A stretch of DNA of 61,358 nucleotides, filler included, from Sanchytrium tribonematis (lineage: Eukaryota), in assembly GCA_018985235.1 (NCBI GenBank). It is 13 parts of 13 records of this genome, joined end to end, with 100 filler letters (N's around TTAATTAATTAA, not from the genome) between each part and the next. Parts side by side here need not be neighbours in the genome. Positions count along the whole stretch, not along the records: positions 54,936 to 58,104 come from JADGIG010000903.1; positions 58,205 to 61,358 come from JADGIG010000904.1; 11 more parts are not named here. One strand, given 5' to 3'. Shown piece after piece: positions 54,936 to 61,358 of this stretch. The notes under the pieces were generated by a model that worked only from the letters and a program-made list of their open reading frames with translations, did no database searches and was not told the origin of the DNA. Position numbers and translations under genes: made by a program. Every line of letters begins with the position of its first letter. Within the stretch, counting starts at the first letter, position 1.

Positions 54936-57900
54936 TACAGATTGAGGATCAACCAATGAATGCATTTATAGATTCAGGATCATCGATAAGTATTATCGAT
55001 AAAGACACAATGAAGGATTATGGTCTATTAGACCATTCGGAAGATTGCTATAAGGCATTTTCTTCTATTAATAACCACAAAGTAGTGGCGGAAAAGAAAT
55101 TAAGGATTGGAATTCAATTAGGTAATGTGACTATTACAACTACATTATATGTACTAAATAATTCCAAATTTAAATTGCTTCTTGGAATGAATTTTCCAAT
55201 GCAAGTAGATAGTATTAGTTTTAAAAACATGAATGTCATGTACAAGGGTATAAAATTTCCCTTAAGACAGAATTTACTAAATGATCATATTAATGTTGTT
55301 TCTGAAGATTCTATTGATGGAGAGATTCCATTTTTCGATGATTTTGATGGTGGATTAGATGCCAAAAAAATTTGGTATGGAAGAAAATCGATCAACCATA
55401 TGCAATATACTTAAGAGTCATAAAGGGGTTTTTGATGGAAAACTCGGTGCGGATGTACCCATTGAGCATGAAATTAAGATCAGTGATGTTCCAAAGTCAT
55501 TTAAACCATATAATGCCTCACATAAAGAGAGAGGTATAATTGAAAAAGAAATTCAAAAGATGTTAGATTTAGACGTAATTGAGAGAAGTCCAGCGTCTCC
55601 ATATAGTGCACCGGTAGTGCTCGTTTCAAAAGCCAATACAACAGAAATGAGATTTTGTGTTGATTATAGAGCATTAACTAAAAACTCAGAATCAGATTCA
55701 TACCCACTACCAAAGATAGATGTAATTTTAAAGGAATTCCACGGAAAGAAATATTTTACAAAAATAGATTTAAGAAAAGGATATTGGCAAATACCAATGA
55801 AAAAAGAGGATATCATAAAAACAGGATTCATTACACACATGGGTCATTTTGTGTATAAAAACATGCCATTTGGACTTATGAATTCAGGCAAAACGTTTCA
55901 AAAGATTATGGATCTAGTATTTTCCGATTACCTTAATCATGAGGTTTTCTGCTACCAGGATGATATATTAATTACCTCGGATACAGAAGAGAGACATCTA
56001 GAAATGATTAACAATGTATTCGACTTGTTAGAAAAATATAATTTAAAGGCATATTGCAACAAGTGTACTTTTATGTTTACGAGTGCGACTTATTTGGGAT
56101 TTTATTTGGGTGGTCAAGTTGTCAAACCAGATCCAGAGAGTCAAGCCGATTTTAGATTTTGATTCGCCAACAAACATTAAGCAAATGCAAAGATTTTTAG
56201 ATATGGTAGTTACTATCGAGGTTCTGTTCAAAAATTTGCTATCATTGCTCAGCCAATGTATAAGTTACTTCGCAAAAGAGAGAAATTTTTGTGGGGAAAA
56301 GAACAGAATGAGTCATTTGAAAAGATCAAAGAGTTGATCAAATATCCCATCTTGCTTAAACACGCAGATTTCGAGAAACCATTTACAATAGAAGTGGATG
56401 CATGTGACCATGGAGTTGCAGCAATATTAAAACAAGACGGACATATTATAGCTTTAGCTTCAAGATTGCTAAAAAATAATGAATTGAGATGGCCAGTTAG
56501 AGAAAAAGAGCTATATTCAATTGTTTTCGCATGTACAAAATTTAGATTTTTCATTGATGCAAAGAACGACACTATTTTAAAAACAGATCACTTAAGTTTG
56601 AGTTATTTAAAGACAATGAAGATTAGTGCGAAAATTAGTCGATGGGTAATGTTCTTAATGGAATTCAATTTAAACGTATTTTATGTACAAGGATCTCAAA
56701 ACAAGGATGCAGATCTATTAAGTAGACTAAATGACAAACTAGAAGATGTTTGTGCAGCGTTCACCAGAGGACAGAAACGAAAGGAAGCCATTGATTACAA
56801 GGCTGAATCAGGAAGTATTGAATCAGATGCAGACAATTATTCCATAGAAAACAGGTCATTCGAAAATCAAACAAATGATGCTGAATTGACAGTAGATGAA
56901 ATCAAATCAATGCACGAAGAAATGTCACATATTGGCATTGACAAAATTTACAAGTACCTAAGAGAAAGAGGATATCCAGTCACGAAAAAGAATTGTGGAG
57001 ATGCAATTAGAGACTGTGTTGTATGCCAGTCATCAAAGAAGACTGCAAGACATATCAAGAAAGTGGTCCAGGATGTGGATTATGGACTTTATCCTATGCA
57101 TACAGTTGCAATGGATGTAGTTGGTAAATTACCAACAATAGAAACAGATGGACAAGAATATTCATATCTATTAGTTATAGTAGATATTTTTACTCGATGG
57201 TGTGAAGTAATACCATTAAATGGACTAACTGGTCCCGAGACAATGAACAAATTTAAAAATGAATGGATCTCAAGATATGGACGACCACAAATGCTTTTGT
57301 TAGACAATGAAACTAACTTTACAGCAAACAAATTCAAAGCGTATTTAGATAAGGAGAATATTGAATATCATTTTACATCTCCAGGATATAAACCCGGAAA
57401 CGGTTCTGTGGAGAGATTAAATTTGACCATATTAGATTACGTCAGAGCAAATATCATTGATGACAACTGGTTAGAATCACTAAACAAAATATTGCCAGTA
57501 CTAAGATTTTCATATCATAGGTCTATTGATACAAGCCCTTATGAATTATTATTTGGGCTCAAAGCTGAGTGGGGAAGTAAAACTGTCTTAAATAGACATA
57601 ACCACTTACTTACAAGATGGAATGACATTAACAATAATGCTTCCTTAGAAAATTATGTGAATCGAGAAGTAACAAGAAAAAGACTGGAATCTAAAAAGCC
57701 AGCAATTCCAATTCAATTAAATGATATGGTATTAGTACCAAATCCAGATGATAAAACTAAAATTGATAAAGAATTTGTAGGACCATATAGGGTTGTAGAG
57801 ATTTTGCCCTACGGAAATATACTAACTGATAACGGAGGCCGATTCAATCAAAACCAAGTTAAAAGAATACAAGATAAAATTACAAGTGGAGATGTAGAAA

Positions 57901-58104
57901 ACATTAACGCTTTATACGAACTACCGATGACAAAATCTGGTGGGAGTGTCGCATCCAACACGTTATATCAAAGCGTGATTGGATGTAATTTAGATCAAAA
58001 TGATCTAATTGATCTAGTCAATTCAAGACAAGATCCAAGTCCTCTAATAAGGCTTGGATCCCAATCAGATGATGGCGCATGCTTAACTAAACAAAGCATG
58101 CGCT
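54936..58104 (+). mobile_element. Ty3/gypsy element 3: protease-RT-RNaseH-integrase with frameshifts, PPT and start of the 3' LTR at 57947
   Basis: FIDSGSS, IDLRKGYWQI, YQDD, VDACDHG, EKEL, ADLLSR, HEEMSH...CVVC, integrase D-D-E, GPY; TGGTGGGAG then TGTCGC. Confidence 0.93.
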
Positions 58105-58204
58105 NNNNNNNNNNNNNNNNNNNNNNNNNNNNNNNNNNNNNNNNNNNNTTAATTAATTAANNNNNNNNNNNNNNNNNNNNNNNNNNNNNNNNNNNNNNNN
58201 NNNN

Positions 58205-58725
58205 AAATGATTTGTCCTTCTACATACTCTAAAAGCATCAAAATCAGATTACACAACAATTTACAAATTACCACTGAATTATTGAAAAGAGCAGAAATGA
58301 TGGGTATTGATTTCATCACAATCCATGGCCGTACTAGATCTGAAATGACCAAAGTCCCAGTACGCATTCACGATATGAAAATCTTGAATGAAACCGTGCA
58401 AATCCCCGTTATTGCCAATGGAGATGTATTTTCTCTCCAAGATGCTCAAAATATGATTAAATCTACCCATTGCAGAGGTGTATCTGTAGCACGTGGACTA
58501 TTAATGAATCCTGAATTATTTACAGGTGCCTCTCAAACCAGCTGGAATTGCATTCACAAATATTTAGATTTAGGTGTCTCGTATGGCACTCATCCATTTA
58601 TTATCTCACATCATTTGAGTTATATGATGGAATCTCTATTGAGGCGAGTATTCCGAGTATCATTGATTTTATTGAAGAAAAGAGTGAAGTGTGAATTTAT
58701 TGAGGTTAATTTCTGTGTCCTTTAG
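58205..58725 (+). CDS. DUS4: tRNA-dihydrouridine synthase (Dus4-like), 5'-partial, C-terminus frameshifted
   Basis: SIKIR, ITIHGRT, IPVIANGD, GVSVARGLLMNPELF, HHLSYMME. Confidence 0.85.
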
Positions 58726-59008
58726 AGTGACGCTTTTTGCAGCGTTTAAGTGCATCTCCTCTTTTACCACGACATGGGTTAACCGGAAGTCCCAAGTTAC
58801 CACCGTGACAATATTCTCTCTTCTTATCCCAAGTCCCACCCTCTCTTGTACAATTTTCCTCTGAGTTTCCACAATCACCAGTACCAGTTAACATACAATG
58901 TGGAATGCAGTGATTGTCTTTCCATTGGCCTTGTTTTTCCTCACAACTTTCTCTTGTTTTTGGACCATGACCAAGTGCAAAAATACTGATGCTTAATAAA
59001 AACAACAT
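58706..59008 (-). CDS. Small secreted Cys-rich protein with two CxxxxGxW...C units and a basic tail
   Basis: MLFLLSISIFA; CEEKQGQW, CTREGGTW. Confidence 0.7.
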   Translation of the reverse strand: MLFLLSISIFALGHGPKTRESCEEKQGQWKDNHCIPHCMLTGTGDCGNSEENCTREGGTWDKKREYCHGGNLGLPVNPCRGKRGDALKRCKKRHSKGHRN

Positions 59009-59357
59009 GTACGATGTGGGTCCATTTTGGTATTTATTTTTTAATTAATAATGCAAGGTTTGCATCGACCAGTAATGCGCATCACATAATTTGCAAGCAC
59101 TTGCTGCAAAACAGTTTGAAATGGATTGTCAAATCAATAATTTTTGATACAAATGTCCACAACTTTATTTTTACTTATAAGCGTGCTCTGTTATGTATTG
59201 TGAAATAGAAAGGAACCCGTACAAAAAATCTTTTTCAATAAAATATTTCAATGAGTTGATTGGTTCAAAATTTGCCATTTAGAAGATTCTAATGTTTGAT
59301 CCAGTAAATTCGCGACATTTCAATTTATAAACCCTGGTGTCACTTTCTTGTTTACAA

Positions 59358-60499
59358 ATGTTGTTGGTACCATCGCTTTTTGCGTTGACGGATTGTGAGA
59401 ATTTGAAACAATTTGCAATCCATTTAAATATGCCACAAATTCAACCAGATTTGATGAAAGATGTCATTAACAAATGTTGTACAGAATATATCAATGGAGT
59501 AACGTGTGACTTGGGAGTTATTACAAGTGTAGAATGGTCATATTTGGGGTTAAATGGCACCATTGATACAACTTTTTTACCTTATCAATTGATTCATTTG
59601 AATCTAGAACAGAATCAATTAAATGGAACTCTGCCACAGACAGGATATCCCGTCACTTTAGAGAGTATCAATGTGGCCACAAATCAATTTAGTGGGAAAA
59701 TACCTCGATTCCACAATGGTTTGGTTAGCATGACACTCGAAAATAATTACTTTACTAGTTTTGATACATTACCAGTCACTTTGACTCTCTTCTATGCAAA
59801 TTTCAATCAGTTAAATCAAAGTTTCCCAGAAAATTTGCCAAAGGATATAATTCGATTCTCAGCTCAAAGCAATCGACTAAATGGTACAATAAGCAATTTG
59901 CCTGCAACTTTGACTTCTCTAAATTTAGCATACAATTTTATGAGTGGTGTCATTCCAAATCTTCCTGCTGGTTTTTTGTATTTAGTGGTACATTACAATC
60001 AATTCATAGGATTGACATATCCACTTCCGGACTCACTTAAAAATATGGTCCTGAGCTATAATTTTATTGTGGGTTCTATTATATTTCCACCAAATATAGG
60101 AGGATTTCTTGCAAATTCAAATTATTTTTATGGCAATTTGCCGCAATTTTCATTGTCTTTGGAATATTGAATGAAACCGCTTCAACTAGAACGTATTTCA
60201 TTGCAGCCACTAGAAATATAAAACGAACAACAGAAATGACAACATTTACAAAAACGGCAAATTATCCATTTTCCAACACCATTTCTGACTTGACAGAAGC
60301 AGAGACAGAACCAACCGAGTCTGTCATTAAAATCCCACTTTATGAAGTCAATTTTACGCAATTCACTATGAATTTGACCATATTATCATTTGCAAGATCA
60401 CTTGCTTCCATGTTTATACTTGCATTTGTTATTGCTAAGACGCCTTGGAGGAAATCAGCTAAAAGAGATACATCATCAATGTCCATGTCAATAAATTAA
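59358..60499 (+). CDS. LRR protein (DC...CC cap, LRRs, S/T stalk, TM), interrupted at 60170
   Basis: MLLVPSLFA; DCENLKQFA...KCC...WSYLGLNGTI; second ORF supplies the stalk and RSLASMFILAFVIAKTP anchor. Confidence 0.75.
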
Positions 60500-60520
60500 A
60501 CTCGATATTTTTTGATACAA

Positions 60521-61358
60521 ATGTCCACCCGTGAATTTCTGCTCTTTGGCGTGCTCTGTTATGTATTGTACATTACAAAACCATCTATATCTGACTTGGA
60601 AATGTATTGTCAAGGCTATCCCATTAATATCCATATTGCACAATTCATGATTTGCAATTCTAAATTAATTATTGGAGTTGCAAATCAAATTAAAGTCATT
60701 CATAATGTACCCTATTTACATAATATTGAATATTATATGCCATTATTAGATTATTCATCCTCATTTGCATCCCATTACTTTAAAAATCAACCATTAAATG
60801 CATTTTCAAATCTTGATTTATTAGAAATGCCATGGCGCCATTTTGTTGAATATTATTACTATGAAATGGATCATATATTCAAGAATATGGCACATTCTAT
60901 CTATCAATTCATTTATCAGCCTAAATGGTATGAAATACTCGTATTTGTGAATCAATTTGAATGGGAATCTGTCATAAAAGATTTAATTTGGATTGCATTC
61001 ATTATCATCAGTTTACATTCAATCCAACTAGTTATCAACAAACAAATGACCATTCCATTAATATTATTTAATTTACTAGTATTTTCTATCCCATTTCATT
61101 CCCCATTAAATCATTTCACTCATTTCAATTTTATTCATTTTATCAATCATTTGTCGTATTTATGGCAAATTAAATCATTTAACAGGTATTTATACATGAT
61201 ATACTTTGTAAGTATCTATTCAAGTGTCTATATATCCCATACAACACCAATGATTGGTACTTTTGGAATGGAAATGTTTTTAATGGGATTTGAAAATAAT
61301 GATTTATTAGATGGATTAATCAGATTATTATGGACTGTGGTGATTAAATATTGGAGTA
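60521..61358 (+). CDS. Membrane protein with rhomboid-like C-terminal region, 3'-partial (absent from the ORF track)
   Basis: Open frame from ATG 60521 to the window end; FTHFNFIHFINH, then TM helices and PMIGTFG. Confidence 0.55.
   Translation, partial: MSTREFLLFGVLCYVLYITKPSISDLEMYCQGYPINIHIAQFMICNSKLIIGVANQIKVIHNVPYLHNIEYYMPLLDYSSSFASHYFKNQPLNAFSNLDLLEMPWRHFVEYYYYEMDHIFKNMAHSIYQFIYQPKWYEILVFVNQFEWESVIKDLIWIAFIIISLHSIQLVINKQMTIPLILFNLLVFSIPFHSPLNHFTHFNFIHFINHLSYLWQIKSFNRYLYMIYFVSIYSSVYISHTTPMIGTFGMEMFLMGFENNDLLDGLIRLLWTVVIKYWS

Noticed and set aside
1..61358. Alternative genetic code (stop reassignment) as the cause of broken ORFs
   Set aside because: Conserved genes end at TAA or TGA at the expected positions with poly(A) signals, and read without internal stops; breaks are indels, micro-introns or TE decay

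Overview
This is not contiguous DNA. It is 13 assembly contigs (twelve of ~3.2 kb in descending length, one of 21.8 kb at 19917-41697) joined by 100-nt N...TTAATTAATTAA...N linkers, so adjacency across linkers is meaningless. The content is an AT-rich, very compact eukaryote, most likely an early-diverging fungus or holomycotan parasite; the LRR family recalls sanchytrids, which is an unverified inference. Housekeeping genes: HMG-CoA lyase, PRPP synthetase, EF-1beta, H2A.X-type histone, Dre2, Pirh2-like E3, Rad23, Dus4, GT14, 7TM-RGS and a bZIP. Mobile elements, mostly decayed: three Ty3/gypsy, Crypton, PIF/Harbinger, a LINE fragment and a MITE candidate. There is also a large putative secretome. 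Most notable: (1) two GT-AG introns of exactly 20 nt, each with an A six nt from the 3' end, needed to restore HMG-CoA lyase and Rad23; (2) a miniaturised expression grammar (TATA-like box 28-32 nt before ATG, ~7-11 aa signal peptides, poly(A) signals fused to stops, a 47-nt bidirectional promoter); (3) tandem effector-like families: signal-peptide kinases lacking the Gly-loop and DFG, a WxWxYYY family, a four-Cys blade-like family, CmcJ/NvfI-like oxygenases, and a signal-peptide+NLS endonuclease I.
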